Below, in pieces: positions 17,314-25,800 of a stretch of DNA of 27,882 bases (its first letter is position 1; every line of letters begins with the position of its first letter). Position numbers and translations under genes: made by a program. Source of the stretch: a virus (Duplodnaviria; Heunggongvirae; Uroviricota; Caudoviricetes); the IMG/VR virus record IMGVR_UViG_2698536647_000011, positions 1-27,882 of that record, one strand, 5' to 3'. The notes under the pieces are model-generated. The model worked only from the letters and a program-made list of their open reading frames with translations. It searched no databases and was not told the DNA's origin.

Positions 17314-18183
17314 TCAGTCCCTCGCCCAAGATGGAATTTCAGTCTGGCCATAGTCCTTGCCAGCGAAGTTCTCAGATACGCGAGACTGATTGCGGGCTGG
17401 CTGCTTGATGCCTTTCGGCTCAAACAATCCCTGCCAGCCGTTCGCAATGCTCTGGTTGATGATTTCTTCAGGCTGATATCCGCTGCACTTGCAACGCTCG
17501 AGCAGGTTGATGGCCTGGGTAACCGTCTGCTGAGACTTGATCGGTTTCTTCAGGTCGCGACGATAATCGACCCATGACTTCCAGACTGAAACTGACAGCC
17601 ATTCAGGAAGGTCAACACCAGCCGGATCGAACGAAGCCGGTTTGGGGGATTTAGGGGGTTTATTAATATTGTCTTTATTGTCTTTTGTAATAGTGTCTTT
17701 TGTGTGTCCCCATTTTGGTGACAGGGTTGTCACTGTTTTGGTGACACTTTTTGTCACCACCGTAGGGACACTGTCACTACCATGGTGACAGTCACTACTA
17801 TGGTGACATTTTGGCGCAGGCTTAGTGCCCGGAATTACCCACTCACTCAGGTTTTTGTTGGGCCCGATCAGCATGCCGTCGGACACCAAAACATTCATCG
17901 CAATGAGTTCGTTTTTGGCAGCGTTAACCTTCTGGCGAGGTAGCCTGGTCAGCTCAGAAAGTTGTGAGTCTGCTATGCGGTCCATCTTTTTGTTGAACCC
18001 ATAGGTTTTGCGGCAAACAGCATGAGCTACCTTGGCCTGATTTTTGGTCAGGTTCGCGCCGATAAGCTCCTCATACAACTCGTTTGCCAGACGGGTGTAC
18101 CCATCGTCTGTATCGGCCACGCGTTGCTCCTGTATTCCCGAAACTACAGCGGGAAAGTTGAGAATTTCTGCGGTGTTTGACAT
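17314..18183 (-). CDS. O: Replication initiator protein O-like
   Basis: MSNTAEILNFP...DDGYTRLANELYEEL...LTKNQAKVAHAVCRKTYGFNKKMDRIADSQLSELT... parallels lambda O N-terminal domain; internal iteron origin. Confidence 0.85.
   Translation of the reverse strand: MSNTAEILNFPAVVSGIQEQRVADTDDGYTRLANELYEELIGANLTKNQAKVAHAVCRKTYGFNKKMDRIADSQLSELTRLPRQKVNAAKNELIAMNVLVSDGMLIGPNKNLSEWVIPGTKPAPKCHHSSDCHHGSDSVPTVVTKSVTKTVTTLSPKWGHTKDTITKDNKDNINKPPKSPKPASFDPAGVDLPEWLSVSVWKSWVDYRRDLKKPIKSQQTVTQAINLLERCKCSGYQPEEIINQSIANGWQGLFEPKGIKQPARNQSRVSENFAGKDYGQTEIPSWARD
17657..17815. repeat. Origin of replication: AT-rich tract plus at least four or five GGTGACA...TGTCAC iterons, inside the O gene
   Basis: Read directly: ...TTATTAATATTGTCTTTATTGTCTTTTGTAATAG... 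then GGTGACAGGGTTGTCAC, GGTGACACTTTTTGTCACC, GGGACACTGTCAC, GGTGACAGTCAC, GGTGACA; lambda ori likewise sits within O. Confidence 0.7.
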
Positions 18184-18220
18184 ACTTACTCCCGTTACTT
18201 GGCGTAACACAGTGTGATAA

Positions 18221-18262
18221 GGGCCTTTGAAGTTACCGCTTCAAGGGCTTTTTCTTTTCTTG
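18221..18262 (+). terminator. Strong intrinsic terminator on + strand, antisense to early-right operon; candidate 3' end of an OOP-like sRNA
   Basis: GGGCCTTTGAAG-TTACCG-CTTCAAGGGC (10-bp stem, one G-T) followed by TTTTTCTTTTCTT; sits between YdaT-like and O genes; TTGACA hexamer at 18177-18182, no clear -10. Confidence 0.5.
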
Positions 18263-18268
18263 TGCCTC

Positions 18269-18814
18269 TCATATAACCCCCAGCATCGATGTAACCATCG
18301 TCATCAGCGGTCCTACCTGCTCCGGCATGAGGCGGAACAGCGACGCTATACCCTCGCTTACCTCTTTGAGCTTCTGATGCTCTGGAGCGTCCAGCAGCAC
18401 GGCCTGTTTAGCCTCGGCACACTCTTTCATCGCAGAGGCGATCAGCGACATCGTGTCGTTCTGCGGCGCCAGACGGTTTCGGTACTCCAGCGGCAGGACC
18501 GACATGATTGCCGGGGCCAGCTGGCGAATGTTGTTGGCGGCGTATTCGGTATCGCCATCAATCCATCGAAACACTTTCTGCATCTGGCGGTGCGAGTCAG
18601 TCGGGATATCCAGACCGGTTCCGCCGGACGCCCGCCACTCTTCCACGATCAGCGCGGCGACAAATTCACGGCTTCGGCAATCAGCTGCCCAGGCGCGAAC
18701 AGCTGCGCGGATCCCATCGATGTTTAACGCCGTGGAATCAGGCTCCCGGCGATTCTGGTAAATCATCGCCGTTGGCGAAAATTTGTTACCTTGTTGATAC
18801 GCAAGTGAATGCAT
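18269..18814 (-). CDS. YdaT-like protein (Rac-type; occupies the cII position)
   Basis: 181 aa; ...QKVFRWIDGDTEY...APAIMSVLPLEYRNRL... resembles my recollection of Rac YdaT; AAGGGA RBS. Confidence 0.5.
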   Translation of the reverse strand: MHSLAYQQGNKFSPTAMIYQNRREPDSTALNIDGIRAAVRAWAADCRSREFVAALIVEEWRASGGTGLDIPTDSHRQMQKVFRWIDGDTEYAANNIRQLAPAIMSVLPLEYRNRLAPQNDTMSLIASAMKECAEAKQAVLLDAPEHQKLKEVSEGIASLFRLMPEQVGPLMTMVTSMLGVI

Positions 18815-18831
18815 TGCTTTCCCTTTCGTGG

Positions 18832-19065
18832 TTAGGCCGCAGTATCACGCGGCGATGCGAATACCAGGCTTTCTTTTAGGACCGGAGCCTGGCGGTGAAA
18901 ATTCTTCGTGCCTTTCTCGATAGCAGATGCCATTTCTGGAGATGCCCGGCGATTTCCGTAGGCGATCTGGTCCAGGTAACCTGGCGTCGTGTTAGCCAAC
19001 TTTGCGAGCTGCGCCCATTCGTCGGTAGTGGCGGCCTTGCGCCAGCGGTGTAGTTCAGTGCTCAT
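18832..19065 (-). CDS. Cro-like HTH regulator (YdaS/Cro family)
   Basis: 77 aa with HTH (WAQLAKLANTTPGYLDQIAYGNRRAS); divergent from cI across operator region. Confidence 0.7.
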   Translation of the reverse strand: MSTELHRWRKAATTDEWAQLAKLANTTPGYLDQIAYGNRRASPEMASAIEKGTKNFHRQAPVLKESLVFASPRDTAA

Positions 19066-19089
19066 TGGTGTCTCCGGGTGAGTCGTTTG

Positions 19090-19160
19090 ATTTGGAGTTT
19101 AGCGTTATGCTAAATACTACGCAAGCATCATTTAGCAATTTGCACATTTATCATTTTGCT
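19090..19160. promoter_or_regulatory. Right operator/promoter region (OR, pR/pRM) with TTTAGC-N5-GCTAAA-type operators
   Basis: TTTAGCGTTATGCTAAA (perfect 6-bp arms), TTTAGCAATTTGCACAT, ATCATTTTGCTAAAAGC between divergent cro-like and cI starts. Confidence 0.6.
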
Positions 19161-19181
19161 AAAAGCAGTAACAATGCAGGT

Positions 19182-19859
19182 ATGGAAAATAAAGAAATCA
19201 GAAAAGCCAACCTGGAAGCGCTGTACGAGAAGCGTCAGCACGAGTCTGGAATGACCAAAGCGCAGTTTGCCGAGCTCATCGAGACAAGTCCGGCTGCGCT
19301 TAGCCAGCTACTGGGACCAAACCCTCATCGCAATATCGGCGATAAGATGGCTCGCAAAATTGAAACTGCGCTTGATCTGCCTTTTGGCTGGATGGATGTT
19401 TTACACGCCAGTGAAGAACCTTCGAACGTTGCATTTCGAGGACTGAACGAGACAAAAGGAAGTTATCCTGTAATCAGCTGGGTAAGCGCGGGGCAATGGA
19501 TGGAAGCTGTAGAACCTTATCACCGAAGAGCGATAGATCGCTGGTATGACACGACTGTTGACTGCTCAGAAGATTCATTCTGGCTGGACGTTAAAGGGGA
19601 TTCTATGACCTCCCCGGCTGGACTGAGCATACCCGAGGGAGCAGCGATACTTGTTGATCCTGAAGTCGAGCCGCGCAACGGAAAGCTGGTTGTCGCGAAG
19701 CTAGAAGGCGATAACGAAGCGACCTTTAAGAAGCTTGTAATCGATGCCGGCAGACGCTTCCTAAAGCCCCTTAACCCCGCATATCCAATGCTAGAAATTA
19801 ATGGAAACTGCAAAATCATCGGCGTTGTGGTTGATGCCAAAATACTAAACATCCCATAA
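19182..19859 (+). CDS. cI: CI-type repressor (N-terminal HTH plus C-terminal LexA-like S24 autopeptidase)
   Basis: ...VKGDSMTSPAGLSIPEGAAILVDPEVEPRNGKLVVAKLEGDNEATFKKLVIDAGRRFLKPLNPAYPM... matches lambda CI C-terminal domain; no SD before ATG, consistent with a leaderless pRM transcript. Confidence 0.9.
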   Translation: MENKEIRKANLEALYEKRQHESGMTKAQFAELIETSPAALSQLLGPNPHRNIGDKMARKIETALDLPFGWMDVLHASEEPSNVAFRGLNETKGSYPVISWVSAGQWMEAVEPYHRRAIDRWYDTTVDCSEDSFWLDVKGDSMTSPAGLSIPEGAAILVDPEVEPRNGKLVVAKLEGDNEATFKKLVIDAGRRFLKPLNPAYPMLEINGNCKIIGVVVDAKILNIP

Positions 19860-19877
19860 CCTCACGCAAAACCCCTC

Positions 19878-19903
19878 AAGCCCGCCATCGCGCGGGCTTT
19901 TTT
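19878..19903 (+). terminator. Intrinsic terminator downstream of cI
   Basis: AAGCCCGC-CATC-GCGGGCTT followed by TTTTT. Confidence 0.6.
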
Positions 19904-19942
19904 ACGTCCCGAATTCCTTCGCTGTAAATTTTTAATCGCTTA

Positions 19943-20017
19943 TTAATCAATACGCTAAATAAAACCATTCAACAATTTAGCATTTTGCTATTGCGCATAA
20001 TTTAGCATCACGCTAAA
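19943..20017. promoter_or_regulatory. Left operator/promoter region (OL, pL) with three TTTAGC-N5-GCTAAA-type operators
   Basis: TTAATCAATACGCTAAA, TTTAGCATTTTGCTATT, TTTAGCATCACGCTAAA; same half-site as OR. Confidence 0.6.
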
Positions 20018-20029
20018 TTTATCCCATCG

Positions 20030-20753
20030 AAACGAAACATCGACAGCTGAGCGAAGTTAGCCAGCGGCGGACAGCAAGTCGCCTGCTTTTTAACAACATG
20101 CAGATTTACAGCGTCAATGACCTGTTAAGACCCCTACACGAAAACGTGCTGTATCACCGGGTGCGATCCGGTCGGTGAGAGAGTATCCCCGCGCGAGAGC
20201 GATAACGGCGTGAGAACGGGCAACACTGGCAGGGAGTTGGCGCTTAATGAACAAATCTTAGCTGCCCGGCTGGCAACCTACTGCCAATAACACAGCTTTC
20301 CCCGTATGAGAGGCTAACTGCGGGGCGCGGACTCGACGCGTAGTACAGGTGTAACCCGCAACACGAAGTTCGAGTGGCGTCCGTCTGGTAAGTGGCTACG
20401 GCCTGCAACTGGATGAAACGCCAAGGGTGACAGCCGGAGAGACGGCTCACAACGAAAAGAGCGCTGGCATGCAAAAAATAATCTCGCAGCCATTGCAGTA
20501 CCAAAAGCCAGGATGGAATGGCAAAACGCGGTAGTGCTCTTTTCGTTGTGGCGAAGTGCTTTGGGGTGAAGCGGCGTGGGAAATCGGTGACACGCAAAGT
20601 GGCGAACCGTACACACTGAATCACGGGGTTGGGTAGCAAGGTGGCCCACGGAAGCGCGAACGAGCGGACCGGAACACATCGCCGGGGTAACGTCCGGCCT
20701 TCACCACCAAAGCATTTCTCCCGCATCTGCGGGTAACGATAGAGGGTAAGGGG
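20030..20753 (+). ncRNA. Candidate long structured leader/ncRNA downstream of pL (no + strand ORF of 60 codons or more)
   Basis: About 700 bp, GC-rich; hand-checked ATG ORFs are all 27 codons or fewer; many short GNRA/GAAA-type hairpins; early hairpin GGCGGAC-AGCAA-GTCGCC then TGCTTTTT at about 20063-20091. Confidence 0.25.
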
Positions 20754-21050
20754 ATGATCGACGACATCAAGCGCATCGACTCAATGATAAATGCGCTTCG
20801 CAATATGAAACAGGACATCAAGCGTCAGCAGAAACTAAGTGAAATAAACAGTTTAGACCTGTCGCCGAAGCAAGCTCAAAAGCGCAATGCCGATGCTGAC
20901 TGGATTGCGATGGAACAGATTAAGCGTCGGCATGAGCTGCACGCTCTGTCTGTTGAGCTTGGGTTCGCTGAGCGCCGGGAAAGTTATGCTCCATTTGAAT
21001 TAACTGACGGGTGGCACCGATTCGACCACAAGCCGCGCGAACCTCAATAG
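20754..21050 (+). CDS. Hypothetical protein (98 aa), first ORF of early-left operon
   Basis: ORF with GAGGG RBS; charged helical sequence; not Arg-rich-motif N-like. Confidence 0.45.
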   Translation: MIDDIKRIDSMINALRNMKQDIKRQQKLSEINSLDLSPKQAQKRNADADWIAMEQIKRRHELHALSVELGFAERRESYAPFELTDGWHRFDHKPREPQ

Positions 21051-21213
21051 CCGCCTAACCAGCGGCTTTTTCATACCTGGAGTCATTTACGAGTGGCTCA
21101 AGTTATGACAACCGGCGGCCATCCACCGCCCATTGAAACACTGAATAAATGCGTTGAAGTCTTGTATTAACCGTTCCGCTGGCCTGGCGACAAGGGCAAA
21201 CGAGGGGATTGAG

Positions 21214-21483
21214 ATGAAAGGTAATACGAAGAAAACAGGCATGATCGGCTTTGGAGCATGCTGGGCACGTAAATTCTATTCACGCCAAAAGCCAATGCAA
21301 CTCCCAAGTTCTCGATCGAATGGCGGGAAAGGTTCAAACAGCCCTGAAGCAAAACACCATCGCCGCGCCCAGCAGAGATTCAACAAAACAGGCGGCATTC
21401 CTCGCGGCAAAGCCTACGTGAAAATGTACCGCCTGGGATATCGCAGCGAGAGCCGAAAAGACCTTATGCGAGCGACTCAATAG
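21214..21483 (+). CDS. Hypothetical highly basic protein (89 aa from ATG 21214)
   Basis: GAGGGG RBS 6 nt before ATG; Lys/Arg-rich low-complexity sequence; 3' end overlaps convergent gene. Confidence 0.35.
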   Translation: MKGNTKKTGMIGFGACWARKFYSRQKPMQLPSSRSNGGKGSNSPEAKHHRRAQQRFNKTGGIPRGKAYVKMYRLGYRSESRKDLMRATQ

Positions 21484-21757
21484 GTTTCAGGGCTAACGGC
21501 TGATCCTGTTCCGGCACATATCGCTCTTTGACAATAACAGCCAGTTTTTGCTTAGCCGCAGGGTCGTCATTAGATGTGACGAGTCTGTTTATCTGTTCTG
21601 AAAGTGAAAACCATCCGTGAGTATCGCAAACGTAAACCACTGATGGAACTTCACGAATAGTTGGTGGTTTTACTTTGATGTTAACCAACTGATTTGTCTG
21701 GTTAAAAGACAAAGAATCTTCACCACAAATAGGACATGGCTTAGTTACTGATTTCAT
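21464..21757 (-). CDS. Zinc-ribbon protein (YgiT/MqsA-N-like CPxCG...CxxH), antisense to early-left operon
   Basis: MKSVTKPCPICGEDS...VYVCDTHGW...; strong RBS (AAGGA, spacer 6). Confidence 0.5.
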   Translation of the reverse strand: MKSVTKPCPICGEDSLSFNQTNQLVNIKVKPPTIREVPSVVYVCDTHGWFSLSEQINRLVTSNDDPAAKQKLAVIVKERYVPEQDQPLALKPIESLA

Positions 21758-21936
21758 AGTTATTCCTTGCTGGCTGTGTGAGAACTACCAGCATACCACC
21801 GAGCCTGAAGTGGATAAAAGACAGGCACATAAGAGTGGGTTTCGCGGTGGTGAACTGCAGAGTTAAAACGCTCAACTGTGAAGATCAGCACCACGGCACC
21901 ACCAGCGAAGTTCACTCAGCAATAGTGGAGAACATC

Positions 21937-22143
21937 ATGGTTCATCAGCACTACGGTACACAGACAGTAAACCGCGGCGCAGTTCAGCCGGGGATGCTCG
22001 TCAAACACAAGGATTCAACCTGGACGGCATCAGCTAATGCTCGTGGTCGTTTGTATCTGCATCGCGGCGTTGAGATGACTTACACCAGGGATTTGCTGGT
22101 TGAAGTTTATCTGAACGGTCTGGGGAATGGCCTCAGCCATTAA
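21937..22143 (+). CDS. Hypothetical small protein (68 aa)
   Basis: ATG at 21937 with GGAG RBS; upstream part of the longer track ORF lacks RBS. Confidence 0.4.
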   Translation: MVHQHYGTQTVNRGAVQPGMLVKHKDSTWTASANARGRLYLHRGVEMTYTRDLLVEVYLNGLGNGLSH

Positions 22144-22176
22144 CGGAGAGTTGCCAAAACACTTTAAGGACAGGTG

Positions 22177-22335
22177 ATGAAAAAAGAATGTGGTTATTGC
22201 CACAAGCCTGTTGAAGAAGGCGCAGAAGTAAAGAGCACCTTGCTCTATCTCAACGGTTCGCAACTGGCACAGAAAGAAAAAGAATATTGCTCTAAGCAAT
22301 GCGCTGAATACGACCAGATGGCGCACGAAAGTTAA
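22177..22335 (+). CDS. Small Cys-rich zinc-finger protein (52 aa), possibly Rac YdaE-like
   Basis: Hand-translated MKKECGYCHKPVEEGAEVKSTLLYLNGSQLAQKEKEYCSKQCAEYDQMAHES; AAGGA RBS. Confidence 0.4.
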   Translation: MKKECGYCHKPVEEGAEVKSTLLYLNGSQLAQKEKEYCSKQCAEYDQMAHES

Positions 22336-22420
22336 ATAGCAGTCCTGAAATATGAAATGAAAAATTCGCCATTAATTTGGCGCGGCTTCTTACACCCTTA
22401 ATTTAACAACTGGAGATTTT

Positions 22421-22708
22421 ATGGAAATCGTAAAAATCGAAATGAACCTGAAAGCAGTGAATAAAGAAGTGGCTGCATTCAACTGCGAGAAGAAAGTATC
22501 AGGCGTTATTCACTCAACTACAAACGGTGAAACAACAGTCATTCTCGACGGTGGCTATGTGCTTGGCAAGTTTGATTGCCCGCACTGCGCCATTGAGGAG
22601 ATCAGCTTGCTGGTACTCAAAATCAGCGATAGCGATTACGCCGGCTGGGGAACCTACCGTACATACAAGCAAGATTTTATGAATGAGGCGATCGTAGCCG
22701 TCAGTTAA
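22421..22708 (+). CDS. Hypothetical protein (95 aa)
   Basis: ORF with GGAG RBS directly upstream of recE-like gene. Confidence 0.5.
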   Translation: MEIVKIEMNLKAVNKEVAAFNCEKKVSGVIHSTTNGETTVILDGGYVLGKFDCPHCAIEEISLLVLKISDSDYAGWGTYRTYKQDFMNEAIVAVS

Positions 22709-22848
22709 GCGAAAGCCCACCGAAGTGGGCCCGCCATGTCCGGCCTCACCGACCAAAGTTACACCGGAAACAACATTAAAACCAAAGTTAACCCAATGGG
22801 CGCTATCAATGGTCCGGGGATTCTAACACCCAAAAAAGAGGATCTCAC

Positions 22849-25800
22849 ATGGAATTTCCATATGTAGTTAAAGCCACGCAAAAGTCGGGAAAGCCTGATG
22901 CTTTTGTCTGGTTCACTGCAAAAACAGAGGCTCGCGCCAATCTGATGCTGGATGTTGCGCTGGAAGATGCAGGTATCGAAACAGGTAGGGGTAAGGACTA
23001 CGCCAAACCGATTCGCACTGATTTCCCAGTTGTCGACGGCCTGCCGAAAGAAGGTGAAGTTGATTTTACCTGGTGTGATCGCTACGAGCTTCAGGACGAT
23101 GGGCGCACCTGGCTGCCAAAAGCCGCTGGTGTGTCTACTGGTTCCGTTGACGCCCCCTACACACCTACTCCGACCGTAATCGTTGAAGATGCGACTGCGT
23201 CCGAAATTGTCCCGGTTGAAATCCGTACTCCAGCGGTCCGCTTTGCCGTCCATCTGATGAACGATAAATACCAAACCCACGTCACTAAAGAGCAGCAGTT
23301 GGCTGCCAGCGAAATGTCACTGGATGAAGGCAATACATATCTCCATAGCCTGCTTGTGGCAAGGAACGATGTGCCCGCGACCGCCAAACTCAGCCTGAAT
23401 GCTGAGTGGAAAATGATTCGGGCGGTTAAGGACATTTTCACACCAGACGAAGAGCACGAACCAAGATTGATCGCTGCATTCATGTCTGACTGGGTGAACA
23501 CGGATGCCGGTGACCGCAATCAACTGATAGAAGACTGGCGCAGTGGTAAGTTGCAGTTGCTCAAAACTGAAACCAGCAGCGGTGCTAACGTTACAACGGG
23601 TCAAGATCTCACTGTTGAGGACGGCATCCAGGCCGACGAGCACGGCCGGGCAGAAGGTGGCGTCGTTGATAGTGAAGTCGATACCGAAGAGCAATCCCAG
23701 CAGATACAGCAACCGAACCTGATCGTTGTTGCCACCCTGCCTTTCCGCCAGCGCGTACTGGCTCAGTTCATCGGTGATGGTGAATATCTCTATCACATCG
23801 ACGCAGGGCAGAAAAATGAGATTGTCCGCCTTGAGATGGACACCGATGACGCGTACGTCCAGAACCTGCTGCTGGCAGCTGAGAATGTGGAAGCATTCAA
23901 AAAAGCCATTGAGCACGATATTCATAAAGTCGTGAATGCCGTTAAGAAAGTCTTCCCTGTCGATGGAAAAATCCCTGAACTCGCAACCTTAATCCAGTTT
24001 TTGAAATTGTGGTTCGCTACAGATCACATCGACCGCGGTATCCTCATTCGCGAATGGGCCGCCGGTAATCGCATCAGTAGTGTGCAGCGTACTGATTCCG
24101 GCACTAATGCCGACGGCGGTTACGTCACTGACCGTGGACCTGACGCACACCACACACTGGACACTCTCGATTTAGAGATTGCGTGTGCCCTTCTGCCTAT
24201 GGACTTCAACCACTTCGAGATCCCGGGCAGCATTCTTCGTCGCGCTAAAGAAATCGTGACCAAAAAAGAAGAACCATGGAAATCATGGAGCAACATCCTG
24301 CGCAATCAGCCAGGCGTTCTGGGTGTTAACCGCACGGCTATTTTTAACCTGGTACGTATCGCACCGGAAAATATTCATTTAACTCCTGTCGCTCACCTGG
24401 AATTTGTTAACCAGACCATGACAGCCGCGTTCAATTCCGCGGTCGAGTTATTGCCGTTGCATGAGGCTGAACCCGCAGCACAGGAAATTCCCCAACCTGA
24501 AGGTAAGGAGTCTCCGCGCAAATCCTTCTGCACTCACGAAGAGAACCTGCAACGCGTGCGTGAAGAAGGAGCACGCCGCCGCGCAGAGGAAGCGGCAGCA
24601 CAACCGCAGAAAGTCGAACAAGAACTGGTTAAAAATGTCGGCAACGGAATATTCGACGTTACGGCTTTGCTGCAGAACTCAGCAACTCATGGCACGAAAA
24701 AGGCTACGGAGACCACCAGCAATGTGCAGGTTCAAGAAACTGTCAGTGATGAAAAACAAGCTGGTGATGAAGTACAGCCAGGCGAAAGCAGTCTGGAGTC
24801 TGGTGAAGAGTCAGATACCAGCCAGAAGGACGATGTAGACCAGAATACGGATTCTGTCGCCAAAAATAGCGATTCTGTAAGCCAAACCGAACCAGTTGCA
24901 GCACAAACCGAGCCAGAAGCGCAATCTGACGAACCAGCTGTTGTTTATCCCGCTTATTTCGAGCCAGGCCGCTATGAAGGGCTGCCAAACGAGGTTTACC
25001 ACGCCGCCAACGGCATCAGCTCAACCCAGGTGAAAGATGCGCGCGTTTCGCTGATGTACTTCAATGCGCGCCACGTAGAGAAAACCATCGTCAAAGAGCG
25101 CTCAGCGGTGCTGGACATGGGCAACTTGGTGCATGCGCTGGCGTTGCAGCCTGAACTACTGGACGCAGAATTCAGCGTTGAACCGGTGATCCCTGAAGGC
25201 GCATTCACAACGGCCGCGACCCTGCGCGCCTTTATCGATGAGCACAATGCCAGCCTGCCGGCGCTGCTGTCTGCCGACGACATCAAGGTGTTACTGGAAG
25301 AGTACAACGCCACCCTGCCGCCGCAGGTTCCGCTTGGCGCTAACCTGGAAGAAACGGCACAGAACTATATGGCGCTGCCAGCTGACTTCCAGCGTATTGA
25401 TGGTGACCAGAAGCAGACGGCGACGGCAATGAAGGCATGCATTAAAGAGTACAACGCCACCCTGCCGCCGCCGGTTAAAACCAGCGGCAGCCGTGACGCG
25501 CTGCTGGAGCAGTTGGCAATCATCAACCCTGACCTTGTGGCTCAGGAAGCACAGAAACCGGCACCACTGAAAGTGTCCGGTACCAAAGCAGACATGATCC
25601 AGGCCGTGAAGGCAGTCAAACCAGATGCCGTATTTGCCGACGAACTGCTGGATGCCTGGCGCGATAACCCGGAAGGAAAAGTGCTGGTCACCCGCCAGCA
25701 GCTGAGCACCGCGCTGAATATTCAAAAAGCGCTTCTGGCACACCCGACCGCCGGCATGCTGCTGACCCACCCTAGCCGAGCCGTTGAGGTGAGCTACTTT

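Noticed and set aside
20244-20726. 160-aa and 121-aa overlapping - strand ORFs within the pL leader
   Set aside because: Arg/Cys/Trp/Pro-rich implausible composition, two overlapping frames, antisense to the expected transcription direction; typical of open frames in GC-rich non-coding DNA.
20754-21483. N-type antiterminator among the first early-left ORFs
   Set aside because: Neither has an N-terminal arginine-rich motif like lambda N, and no clear boxA/boxB nut site precedes them; the basic 89-aa ORF is low-complexity rather than N-like.
22952-25770. Multiple ORFs of 60-200 aa overlapping the recE-like gene on both strands
   Set aside because: All lie within the continuous 1129-aa RecE-like frame; alternate-frame artefacts.
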